Assembly (NCBI RefSeq): GCF_006345805.1
Contig: NC_043008.1
Coordinates: 54,684,001-54,748,000 of the forward strand
DNA from: Octopus sinensis
Lineage: Eukaryota
Length of the DNA stretch: 64,000 nucleotides
Reading direction: 5' to 3'
In this document: positions 25,680 through 36,827 of the stretch, piece by piece
Position numbering within the stretch: the stretch's first letter is position 1
Layout of the letters: each line of letters begins with the position of its first letter
Program-made: the position numbers and the translations under genes
Notes under the pieces: generated by a model
What the model was told of the DNA's origin: nothing
The model's input: the letters and a program-made list of their open reading frames with translations, nothing else
The model's database searches: none

Positions 25680-25900
25680 ATTACAGGTTTTGTTGGAACT
25701 CCCGGAGTCTTTGCATGGGTAGCGGTCTTGCTACCTGCAGCCTACGGCACCATGCTGTTCGTTCTTTTCAGCTTTCTAATACTTACCTGATTATTCTGGC
25801 CGTGCCAAGGAGGCAAACCTTTTGTAACAGTTCCACTGGGCACTCTATTCCAATTTCCTTTATATCCCTCTTGATGATTTCTGATTATTTTAATTGCATC
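25680..25900 (-). mobile_element. 3' end of an RLE-type (R4/Dong-like) non-LTR retrotransposon with an (AAG)n/(AAC)n tail
   Basis: Minus strand reads KEIGIECPVELLQKVCLLGTARIIR*VLES*, matching the LQK..LLGTARI.RKVL C-terminus of RLE elements; short UTR, AATAAA, then the trinucleotide tract at 25520-25670. Confidence 0.6.
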
Positions 25901-26471
25901 CAAGCAGGAATAAGAAATTATGTAATAAACTTCATTAGTTTACAACTCTTTCTGCTATAAGATGCAATGCACTCGTAGTTGAATGCTTGTTTCATTCTAT
26001 AGTTTCATGTTGAAGTATTGCACAATTTTATTTGGGAATTCATTAACATTTATATGAAAACAGAAAGCAATACCATCGGGAAAAGGATGAACGTATGGAA
26101 GAATTGAAGCAAGCGGTTTGAAGGGCTGAAACCCCTTGGTAGTTCTGGGGCATCAATCTAAAGGAAATCAGGGTAATTGATTCATTTAATGTTCGCTGGT
26201 TGCAACCTGTTGCCTGTAGAAAACATGTCAGTATGGAGAGAGTTAGATAAACCTGACGTCCCGTGGGAGAAGAAATGCAAGTTGTAATCAATGCAAGGCC
26301 TTGTAGATCGCCTTCAGCACGATGATGTCAGTTACTGGAAGAGAATAAACGGGTGAGTTGTGAGTGCCTGAGTAGAGGTGGCAAGTAGCAAAGTCCATTG
26401 TACTAGCCATAGAAAAGGTGGCACGTGACCTATGACGTATGTTTGAATCTATGACTAACACAGACACACAC

Positions 26472-26742
26472 TTTCATATACATACACACACATATTTTTA
26501 TACATATATATAAGGCGGCGATCTAGCAGAAACCTTAGCACGCCGGACGAAATGCTTTGCGGTATTTCGTCTGCCGCTACGTTCTGAGTTCAAATTCCGC
26601 CGAGGTCTACTTTGCTTTTCATCCTTTCGGAGTCGATTAAATAAGTACTAGTTAAGCACTGGGGTCGATATAATCGACTTAATCCGTGTGTCTGTCCTTG
26701 TTTGTCCCCTCTGTGTTTAGCCCCCTGTGGGCAATAAAAAAA
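26472..26742 (+). mobile_element. Family B SINE
   Basis: Matches other family B copies. Confidence 0.85.
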
Positions 26743-26891
26743 TATATACTTACATATATGCATATATATTCATATACGCATGCATACACGCACGCACACA
26801 CACACACACGCACATACACACACACACTTATATATTCATGTGTGTGCGTGTGTATGTATGCGATTAAAATAATTTACCTCTCTCTCCCTTT

Positions 26892-27098
26892 TACTCTTTT
26901 ACTTGTTATAGTCATTTGACTGCGGCCATGCTGGAGCACCGCCTTTAGTCGAGCAAATCGACCCCGGGACTTATTCTTTGTAAGCCTAGTACTTATTCTA
27001 TCGGTCTCTTTTGCCGAACCGCTAAGTAACGGGGACGTAAACACACCAGCATCGGTTGTCAAGCAATGCTTGGGGGACAAACACAGACACACAAACAT

Positions 27099-27129
<31 letters not shown>

Positions 27130-27297
27130 CATATATAGGACAGGCTTCTTTCAGTTTCCGTCTACCAAATCCACTCACAAAGAATTGGTCGGCTCGGGGC
27201 TATAGTAGAAGACACTTGTCCAAGATGCCACGCAGTGGGACTGAACCTGGAACCATGTGGTTGGTAAGCAAGCTACTTACCACACAGCCACTCCTGC
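26892..27297 (-). mobile_element. Family A SINE
   Basis: Matches other family A copies. Confidence 0.85.
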
Positions 27298-28082
27298 ACC
27301 TCTTTTCTATTTTCCCGTTCGGTTCTTCAAACTCACTGTCTATTTCTATTTCTCACTCTATACTTCTCCTTCTTTTCTTCAGACGAAGAGCCTACGCCTG
27401 GAGCATTAGGACAATCGCAAACTCCATTGTTTAACTAAGGCCTAACACGGATGGAGGGCAGATTTATGATCAAAAGAACTCTTTCATTTTTCTAGATCAA
27501 TTAAATATCACTACTTATTTCTTTATACTGCAAGAGTGACCGAGATAAGTGTATTTCGTTATCTGTGTAAATGGAATATTAAAAAAAAAAAATTGCGTTG
27601 GCAGATCTTTTACACCGACCGACAAAAAAGAAATATGGCGTAAGATACGTTTCTAAATAGGCATTAGTCAGCCTTGTTTTGCACCTTCGTTATTCAAACA
27701 GATACGGTAATGTCTAGTTAAGATTATCATTTCCGTAAATGAAGTAACACCGAACTAATTTTGGAAGAAACATTGAGTACACTGATTATAATGTCTTGCT
27801 ATATACATTCGAACTAAGAGAAATTTGAGAAAATTAAAACCGTTGATAAAGTAAAGTGTATTAATAAACCACACATATCTGCTGAGTGACGATAAGCCAT
27901 AATCTACAAATGCTTTCCGGCTTAACACTTTTAGTTGCCATTTTTTGAAAAATTTTTACTCTTTTCCTAACTGACATCTTTCATGTTAGCAATGCCTTAG
28001 CGACAAATGGCCATTTGGCGGATGTAAACGGATATTGATAATGGAATATATATTATATATATATATATATATAATATATATG

Positions 28083-28141
<59 letters not shown>

Positions 28142-28656
28142 ATATACATATATATATACACATACATATATATGCCTGTATATATTATATGACTATATAT
28201 CTATATATATATATATACATATATATGTATATACATATATGTATATGTACATACGTTCATACCTACATACATATATATATATATATTATATAATATATAT
28301 ATATATATATGTATATATATTTATATATATACATATAAATATACATATAAATATATATATATATATGTATATACATATTTAGACGTATGAATATATACAG
28401 ACATATATATAAGTACATATACATATAAATATATACAAACATTATATAAGTGTATATATATAAGTGTATATATATATATATATCTATGTCTATATATTCA
28501 TACGTCTAATATGTATATACATATATATATATATTTATATGTATATTTATATGTATATATATAATATATATATACATATATATATTATGGTGAATTGAAG
28601 AAATGGAGATGAACGCAGATTGAACAGAAATCGTTTTATTTCATTCTATATATAAT

Positions 28657-28708
<52 letters not shown>

Positions 28709-29089
28709 ACATACATGCATAGCTATAGTTGAGTGCTTCTTTGTTTCCCTAACACAAACAGAAAATAAATAAACAGCAAAAACAGCGTCCATTTAGATTA
28801 ACTCATGATATTTGTCACATACGAAAACTAAACTTTGATAGCAAACTCATTAGTAAATAATCTGTGTAGAAAAAGAAAAAAAAAGATTGGCAACCATATA
28901 ATTCCGGATTCAATCCCAATGAGCAACAACTCGGGTATCTTCAATCAAGTAAAGCTCCAGACAGGCCAATGCCTTGTGAGTGAATTTTCTGGCCGGAAAC
29001 TGTGTGGAATCCCGTCATATATATCTGTGTGTGTGGCGGGGTATATGGTGTCTGTGTTTTTTTGCCCATACAAGAGTCTGGTTACAATG

Positions 29090-29425
29090 ACAGCTGTGCA
29101 TGGCTTTGGCTTTGAACTGGTTGATCAGGCTCCCCTATCATCTGAATTGACTCCATCTGACTAAGATTTGTTCCCCAGCATGGAAGAAAAACACTTGGCT
29201 GGGAACCAGTATTGCAGTGATGATGACGCCATATCAGCTGCTGATGGCTTTTTTGCCCGAGAGGATAAAAGCTTCTACATCAATGGGATCGAAGCACAAC
29301 GACACCAATGGAAAAAGTGAGTAACTCGTTAGAGAGGGTATGTTGAAAAATGAATCTCATTTGGTCACTTTCCACGAGAGTATCTTGGTCAGCCTATAAA
29401 CTTTCCAGTCGACCCTTGTACCTAC
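29090..29425 (+). mobile_element. Degenerate mariner transposase C-terminal fragment (second subfamily)
   Basis: ELTPSD*DLFPSMEEKHLAG...DKSFYINGIEAQRHQWKK...GYVEK*, ending in a TIR-like AACTTTCCAGTCGACCCTTGTA. Confidence 0.65.
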
Positions 29426-31601
29426 TATCTTAAATAACATAATCTTAATTATGACCGCGGCTGAAATATCTTCGATTGAAGTTTGTTGACAACAGTAGAC
29501 GTTAAACAGACAGAAAAACAATCAAACAGTAGGCGTTAAACAGACAGAAAAATAATCAAACACCTATAATTAAGTTTGAATTAACAGGTTATATATCTTA
29601 TTGTTACTATTTACCCAAAGAGAGAACTATTGCAGTCGTTCGAGTCAGGTCCCTAGCTTAAGGATAACGTACTCCTATTTTATGACAAGAATCGGAGGCC
29701 TTGGTAAATAAAGGGCCTAGAGCGTTACTGTTCCCTCCCTGATTAAGAGGTGAGAATAAGAACTACAAGGAGATAATCCTAGATACGCTATGTCAGCACA
29801 GAGAAGACGGAATGGTTAATGAGGGAATATCTTTCCTCATTAGACTTCTGACTGAGGATTTACTAAAGGATAAATAAATAGCATCTCTATATTAATGTGT
29901 CCGACTTGTTAAAATTCTATTTATTTATTTGTGCAGCTGAAGATAGCATTGCATTTGAATTGATGTAATGGATTGTATTGTTCAATTAAACGGCGTTGTT
30001 TGAAACGGTCGTACTGCATAACTACTTAATATCCTGTTACTTATTTTGATTATATACAAATATATGTGTGTGTGTATGTGTGCGCATGCGTGCGCGTGTT
30101 TGTGTGTATGTTTGCATGTATTTGCGCATATGTGCGTGTACGTTAATATTCGTCAAATATAAGGTGGTGAGCTGGCAGAAACGTCAGCACGCCGGGCGAA
30201 ATGCTTAGAGGTATTTCGTCTGTTTTTACTTCTGAGTTCAAATTCTGCCTAGGTCGACGTTACCTGTCATTATTTCGGATTCGATAAAGTAAGTACCAGT
30301 TGCGTATTGAGGTCGATCTAATCGACTGCCACCCTCCCAAAGATTTCGAGCTTTCGACAGAATTTACACAGAAAGATACACAGAAAGATACACAGAAAAG
30401 AAACAAGGAGAGAAACAAGGAGAGAAAAAAATACGTGTAGGAGCTAATGGTCTGTCATGGCGTTCTGATATATATATATATATATATATATCAAGATTAA
30501 TATTTTTCATTATTATTGCTATCATCATTATTATTAAAATAGTTATTAAAATAACACAAATAATTGCTCATGTGAAGAGCGAAAAAAGGGGGAAAAATCA
30601 CAGAAAACAATCCAAACAAAAGCGTATTATTTTTTTAGCATGACTACAAAACTAATATTTACTCGAAATATATTCATTTATATACACTCATAACTGGTAT
30701 AAAAGCAAAACACGAAGTATTGTAAACAAATTCAAATAATAAATTCTTTGAGCAGCTTCCCCTTCAGGGTGGAATTCCCTAAATAAATATCTATTTTGTT
30801 AGTTCTGATGATGATGTGAGTACACGTTTTTTATTTTAAATATTATATTACAAAAACATAATTGTGTCCAACTTAAAATTTTTATACATATGTATTATAT
30901 TTTAATACATACGATTTTAATATATATTCAGCTCATTCTGTTTATATAATATTCTGCGCATAGAATATTATGGACAGGCAGAATCGGTTGGATGTCGATC
31001 GAAATGCTATGCAATATTTATACTGATGTTTTACGTTTTGAGCTTAAATCCTGCCGTTGTTAACTACTTTTTACATACACCAGGGTTCTAGAAAATTAAC
31101 TACCTGTCAAGTATTGAGATCGATTTAATCGATTAAATCCTTCCTGTCAAATATGAAGCCTAGCGTTGGAACCAATACTGTAATACTAATTTGTTAATTA
31201 GTCAACATACACATACTCACATTCTCTCAATATGTATATTATATATATATATATATATAATATATATATAAAACAATGCGAAGCGCATTGTGACCAGCGA
31301 TGTGTAGTAACATCTGATAGCCTGGTCGGTCACGGTGACGGTGTGTTGATAAATAAATAAATATATATATATATATTATATATATATATACATTTCTAAA
31401 TATCTCAGAGAGATATCAGCAGTAGTGGTACGATAGAGTAGTTGTATACTGTTAACTTAATGTTACAATCTCATGAAGGGAATCACACCACTGCTATTTA
31501 GCCCTAGGAAGCATCATCGCTTCCTGTCGGCCTTGACACATTTCCTCTATCCTTATGTTTATAAGGGGGAGACAAGCACCCCCACCCAGCTAAGCCTGCA
31601 A

Positions 31602-31641
31602 CCAGAGACTAGTTTCTGAGTTTTGTTCGTCATCAGTCTGG
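31602..31641 (-). ncRNA. Minimal type I hammerhead ribozyme motif
   Basis: Reverse complement CCAGA-CTGATGA-CGAACAAAACTCA-GAA-ACTAGT-C-TCTGG: intact core, 5-bp stem I, palindromic stem III ACTAGT, GUC cleavage triplet; stem II weak. Confidence 0.75.
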
Positions 31642-32039
31642 AGTAGCATGACCTGCTAGTTGGAGATGCCTGTCTAGCCTTTGTAAACAAATAAGAATTC
31701 TAGTGAAATAAATTCACTGATTACTAAAATAGAAATCCACTGATTACTAAAATGGAAATGATTCACCGTCACTAAAATGTGACCAAATGTGCAGGGGGCA
31801 CCGGTGTTGCTAGAAATAAGAACCATAAGTTCGTTATTCACAGAAAACACATGATCTAATTAATTGACAAATATTCTTTTATTCTTTTACTTTTCACTGT
31901 AGACATATCAGTTTGATTCGGTTTCCGTGCTACATCAATATTCGACGGCTCCTAACGGAGCCCGTGTATACATGTATACACGCACAAGCATATATATTAT
32001 ATGCATACTTATGTGTGTGCGTGTGTGTGTGTATGGCAA

Positions 32040-32234
32040 GGCACAGGAGCACCTCTATGGTAAGAATCTTGCCTCTCAACCACATGGTTAAGGGTACAGT
32101 CCGACTGCGTAGCATCTTCGGCATGTGTCTTCGTCTATAGCCTCGAGCCGACCAAAACCTTGTGTGTGGATTTGATAGAGGGAAACTGAAAGAAGCCCGT
32201 CGTGTGTATAATATATATATATATATTATAATAT

Positions 32235-32276
<42 letters not shown>

Positions 32277-32490
32277 TATATTTATGTGTGTAAGTGTGTG
32301 TGTATATGTTTATGTGTCTGTGTTTGTCCCCTCCCCCCGCCATCGCTTGACAAGGGATGCTAGTGTGTTCATGTTCCCATAGCTTCCGGTTCGGCAAGAG
32401 TGAGCGATTAAAATAGTACCAGGCTTACAAAGAATGAGTACTTCGACTAAAACCCTTTAAGGCAGTGTCCAGCATGGCCGCAGTCAAATG
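32040..32490 (+). mobile_element. Degenerate family A SINE
   Basis: Head, internal (TA)n and tail recognisable. Confidence 0.7.
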
Positions 32491-32507
32491 CCTGCATGCA
32501 TACATAC

Positions 32508-32564
<57 letters not shown>

Positions 32565-33561
32565 TACCAAATGTATACATATACCTATGTATATATGCAT
32601 GCATGCATGTATGTATGTATGTCTGTATGTATGTATGTATGTATGTATGTATCTATCTATCTATATATATACATGCATACGCACACACACACAAACACGC
32701 ACATACACGCACGCACAAACAACCCCCCCCCCCACCGCTCGGCACAGTGACAGACAAACAGACACACACACACGCACACACGCGCCCACAGAATTCCCCG
32801 TTTGCCTGGGACCTCAGAATATTATTGTATATGAAGAAGACAACAAATCAAAACGGAAATGAAAGAAATATATGTGGAGACCTGATGGTGGCTTGGGTCT
32901 TTTTATAAATCGTGCGTGGCATCAATTTAAATCGTGTGAATCCGATGTGAGGCAAATCTGGTCACCGAAAAGGCCAAGAGTCACTCGCCGCAACTAACGA
33001 TTTTTTTTTCAGATCTGTTGTTTCTTGAAAGTAATTAATATAGAATTAACCATCCTTCCTCGAAACACAAGAAAATGCCAAAGGAATTTTATTTGTTTTC
33101 TTTAATATTATGTCCACTCAACCATTTTTATCTTTACAGCGTTAAGAATACTTCAGAGTACTTTTAAATAGATAGAATTGTTATATCAGTCTACTGAGAA
33201 ATGCGACAAAAGCCTATTCTATTGTTATGAGTTCTTGGTGAAACGAATTCACAACTTGGTTTCAATTCTTGATTTTTGCTGAACGTTCCCGTTCACACAC
33301 TATTGTTAATGGTATTTCGTGTGTGATCAATAACACGCCATTGTAGTCTGTAAGAATCTATTTTTACAGGCAAGATTGTTTTGTAACAACGTGGTTTTAG
33401 GTGCAGTCCCATTGTGAAGTACCGTGGGTAAGTGTCTTCTCTTATAACACCGGACCAAACAATGCCTTATGAATTAATTCGGTAGACGGAAAATTTCTAG
33501 AAGTTTGTCGCCTATCCATCCGTCCATCCGTCCGTCCGTCCGTCCGTCCGTCCGTCCGTCC

Positions 33562-33642
<81 letters not shown>

Positions 33643-33889
33643 CCTATCGTCGAACTTGTAGTTACCATACACTCATACATCACATTAGCTGTACTTTGAG
33701 GCAATTTCCATTCCAGGGACACATTTTACCAGGTTTGGAATTATACTTGTGTTCTGGTGGATGGGTTGTTGATGTTGATATAGGTGCTCCGTTATCTATA
33801 GCTCCTGATCGGGGTATGGTGAGATGTTCTGCGTTAGTATCTAGTTCCGTTTTGGGGACTGTGGAAGTATCATACTAGTACTACCTCCG

Positions 33890-34250
33890 ACTGAACAAAG
33901 CAAAGTTCAGTTTTAGCTTGCTGCATCTCGGCTGGGATGTGTTACCCCACCCTCCATATTCACCAGATATTGCTCCTTCGGATTTCTATTTATTCAGGTC
34001 TGCAGAATGGTCTTAATAGTAAAAATTTCAATTACTTCGATGACGTAAAAAGATACCTTGATGAATTCTTTGCCATGAAACCACCCCAATTCTGAGAAGA
34101 GGGTATTTTCAAGTTAAAGGAAAGATGGAGACGAGACGCATTGTGCAACAAAAATTGTTCATATTTGGTTGATTAAATATGTAATGGCAAGTATTTATTG
34201 ACCTTATCCTTTCCTTTTAAAATCGGCACGAAGTTTCCGGACAACCTAAT
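33890..34250 (+). mobile_element. Mariner 3' fragment with right TIR
   Basis: LGWDVLPHPPYSPDIAPSDFYLFRS (third catalytic Asp motif); TIR ...TTTCCGGACAACCTAA-TA. Confidence 0.9.
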
Positions 34251-34271
34251 ATACTCTCTTTTTTTTTTTTA

Positions 34272-34660
34272 CTCTTTTACTTGTTTCAGTCATTTGACTG
34301 CGGCCATGCTGGAGCACTGCCTTTAGTCGAGAAAATCGACCCCGGGACTTATTCTTTGTAAGCCCAGTACTTATTCTATCGGTCTCTTTTGCCGAACCGC
34401 TAGGTAACGGGGACGTAAACACACCAGCATCGGTTGTCAAGCAATGCTAGGGGGACAAACACAGACACACAAACATACACACAAATACATATATATATAT
34501 ACATATATAGGACAGGCTTCTTTCAGTTTCCGTCTACCAAATCCACTCACAAGGCATTGGTCGGCCGGAGGTTATAGCAGAAGACACTTGCCCAAGGTGC
34601 CACGCAATGGGACTGAACCCGGAACCATGTGGTTGGTAAGCAAGCTGCTTACCCATAGCC
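34272..34660 (-). mobile_element. Family A SINE
   Basis: Matches other family A copies. Confidence 0.85.
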
Positions 34661-34661
34661 G

Positions 34662-34705
<44 letters not shown>

Positions 34706-34738
34706 AATATATTATATATATATATATAATATATATAA

Positions 34739-34962
34739 CACTCACGACGGGCTACCTTCAGTTTCCGTCTACCAAGTCCACTGACATGGCTTTAGTCAGC
34801 CCGAAGCTATAGTAGAAACCACTTGTCCAAAGTGTCACGAAGTGGGATTGAACCAGAACCATGTTTCTCACCACACCATGCCTGCACCTAAGGTATGCAT
34901 GTATGTATATATGTATGTATGTATTATGTATGTATGTATGTATGTATGTATGTATGTATGTA

Positions 34963-34998
<36 letters not shown>

Positions 34999-35004
34999 CA
35001 TATA

Positions 35005-35060
<56 letters not shown>

Positions 35061-35072
35061 AATATATTATAT

Positions 35073-35106
<34 letters not shown>

Positions 35107-35273
35107 CACTCACGACGGGCTACCTTCAGTTTCCGTCTACCAAGTCACTGACATGGCTTTAGTCAGCCCGAAGCTATAGTAGAAACCACTCGTCCAAAGT
35201 GTCACGAAGTGGGATTGAACCAGAACCATGTTTCTCACCACACCATGCCTGCACCTTAATGTATGCATGTATG

Positions 35274-35307
<34 letters not shown>

Positions 35308-35372
35308 TGTATGTATGTATGTATGTATGTATCCTCTCTCTTCTCTCCTCTCTCTCTCTCTCTCTCCATATA

Positions 35373-35412
<40 letters not shown>
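34739..35412. repeat. Tandem duplication of ~367 bp (SINE A head fragment plus TATG/TC/TA microsatellites)
   Basis: CACTCACGACGGGCTACCTTCAG at ~34739 and ~35107. Confidence 0.9.
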
Positions 35413-35413
<1 letters not shown>

Positions 35414-36152
35414 CAATTAAGGACAACTACTTAATAAGGAAAACTTAACAAGAAATTGTCAGGTAGATAGCGTAAAAACCTCATAAGAGAAAAAATTTCG
35501 AAAATAATTATTTCTTATTGAACATATTAATTTATATATAGAGGGCATTATACATACATGCCAGGAGGCATTCTACATACACGCCATACGCTAAGAGGGA
35601 CAATCAGTCATTTCTACCAAAAATATTACTAATCCCACCGAATGCAATTTTTCAAAGAAAGACATTTAAAAATATATAGACCTGTATCACAGTGATTTCA
35701 TACTTACGTAATCATCAGCAGCCTGAAATACTATAAATAAACAACGACCCTGCTTCGCTTAAGCCGATCAGCTAACTGATCAACATCAACGAAGCACATG
35801 GGTGGGTTTATATATACTATCCGGATGAATGGCAAATTTTACGAATTGCATTTCGGGAGAGGAAAAGTTTTTTCGGAATAAAAATTTAGCAATTAAGGAC
35901 AACTACTTAATAAGGAAAACTTAACAAGAAATTGTCAGGTAGATAGCGTAAAAACCTCATAAGAGAAAAAATTTCGAAAATAATTATTTCTTATTGAACA
36001 TATTAATTTATATATAGAGGGCATATACATACATGCCAGGAGGCATTCTACATACACGCCATACGCTAAGAGGGACAATCAGTCATTTCTACCAACAATA
36101 TTACTAATCCCACCGAATGCAATTTTTCAAAGAAAGACATTTAAAAATATAT

Positions 36153-36200
36153 AGACCTGTATCACAGTGATTTCATACTTACGTAATCATCAGCAGGCCT
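36153..36200 (-). ncRNA. Type I hammerhead ribozyme, intact copy in array unit 2
   Basis: Reverse complement AGGCCTG-CTGATGA-TTAC(GTAA)GTAT-GAA-ATCACTGTGAT-A-CAGGTCT. Confidence 0.8.
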
Positions 36201-36779
36201 GAATATACTATAAATAAACAACGACCCTGCTTCGCTTAAGCCGATCAGCTAACTGATCAACATCAACGAAGCACATGGGTGGGTTTATATATACTATATC
36301 CGGATGAATGGCAAACTTTTACGAATTGCATTTCGGGAGAGGAAAAGTTTTTCGAATAAAAATTTAGCAATTAAGGACAACTACTTAATAAGGAAAACTT
36401 AACAAGAAATTGTCAGTAGATAGCGTAAAAACCTCATAGAGAAAAAATTTCGAAAATAATTATTTCTTATTGACATATTAATTTATATATAGAGGGCATT
36501 ATACATACATGCCAGGAGGCATTCTACATACACGCCATACGCTAAGAGGGACAATCAGTCATTTCTACCAAAAAAATATTACTAATCCCACCGAATGCAA
36601 TTTTTCAAAGAAAGACATTTAAAAATATATAGACCTGTATCACAGTGATTCATACTTACGTAATCATCAGCAGGCCTGAATATACTATAAATAAACAACG
36701 ACCCATGTGCTTCGTTGATGTTGATCAGTTAGCTGATCGGCTTAAGCGAAGCAGGGTCGTTGTTTATTTATAGTATATC

Positions 36780-36827
36780 AGGCCTGCTGATGATTACGTA
36801 AGTATGAAATCACTGTGATACAGGTCT
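36780..36827 (+). ncRNA. Type I hammerhead ribozyme, intact copy in the inverted arm
   Basis: Stem I AGGCCTG/CAGGTCT (7 bp, one G-U); CTGATGA 36787-36793; stem II UAC-GUAA-GUA after a U-U at 10.1/11.1; GAAA 36806-36809; near-palindromic stem III ATCAC-T-GTGAT; predicted cleavage after A36820 (AUA). Single-base-deleted copies at 35678-35724, 36631-36677, 37254-37299 and 37732-37778. Confidence 0.8.

Noticed and set aside
25687-25790. Apparent plus-strand terminal exon (GFVGTPGVFAWVAVLLPAAYG...) after a pyrimidine tract and CAG
   Set aside because: Better explained as the antisense of the RLE-LINE 3' UTR; the pyrimidine tract is that element's AAG tail.
27365-27405. CAGACGAAGAGCCTACGCCTGGAG resembling an HHR
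   Set aside because: Too degenerate; core and stem III are broken.
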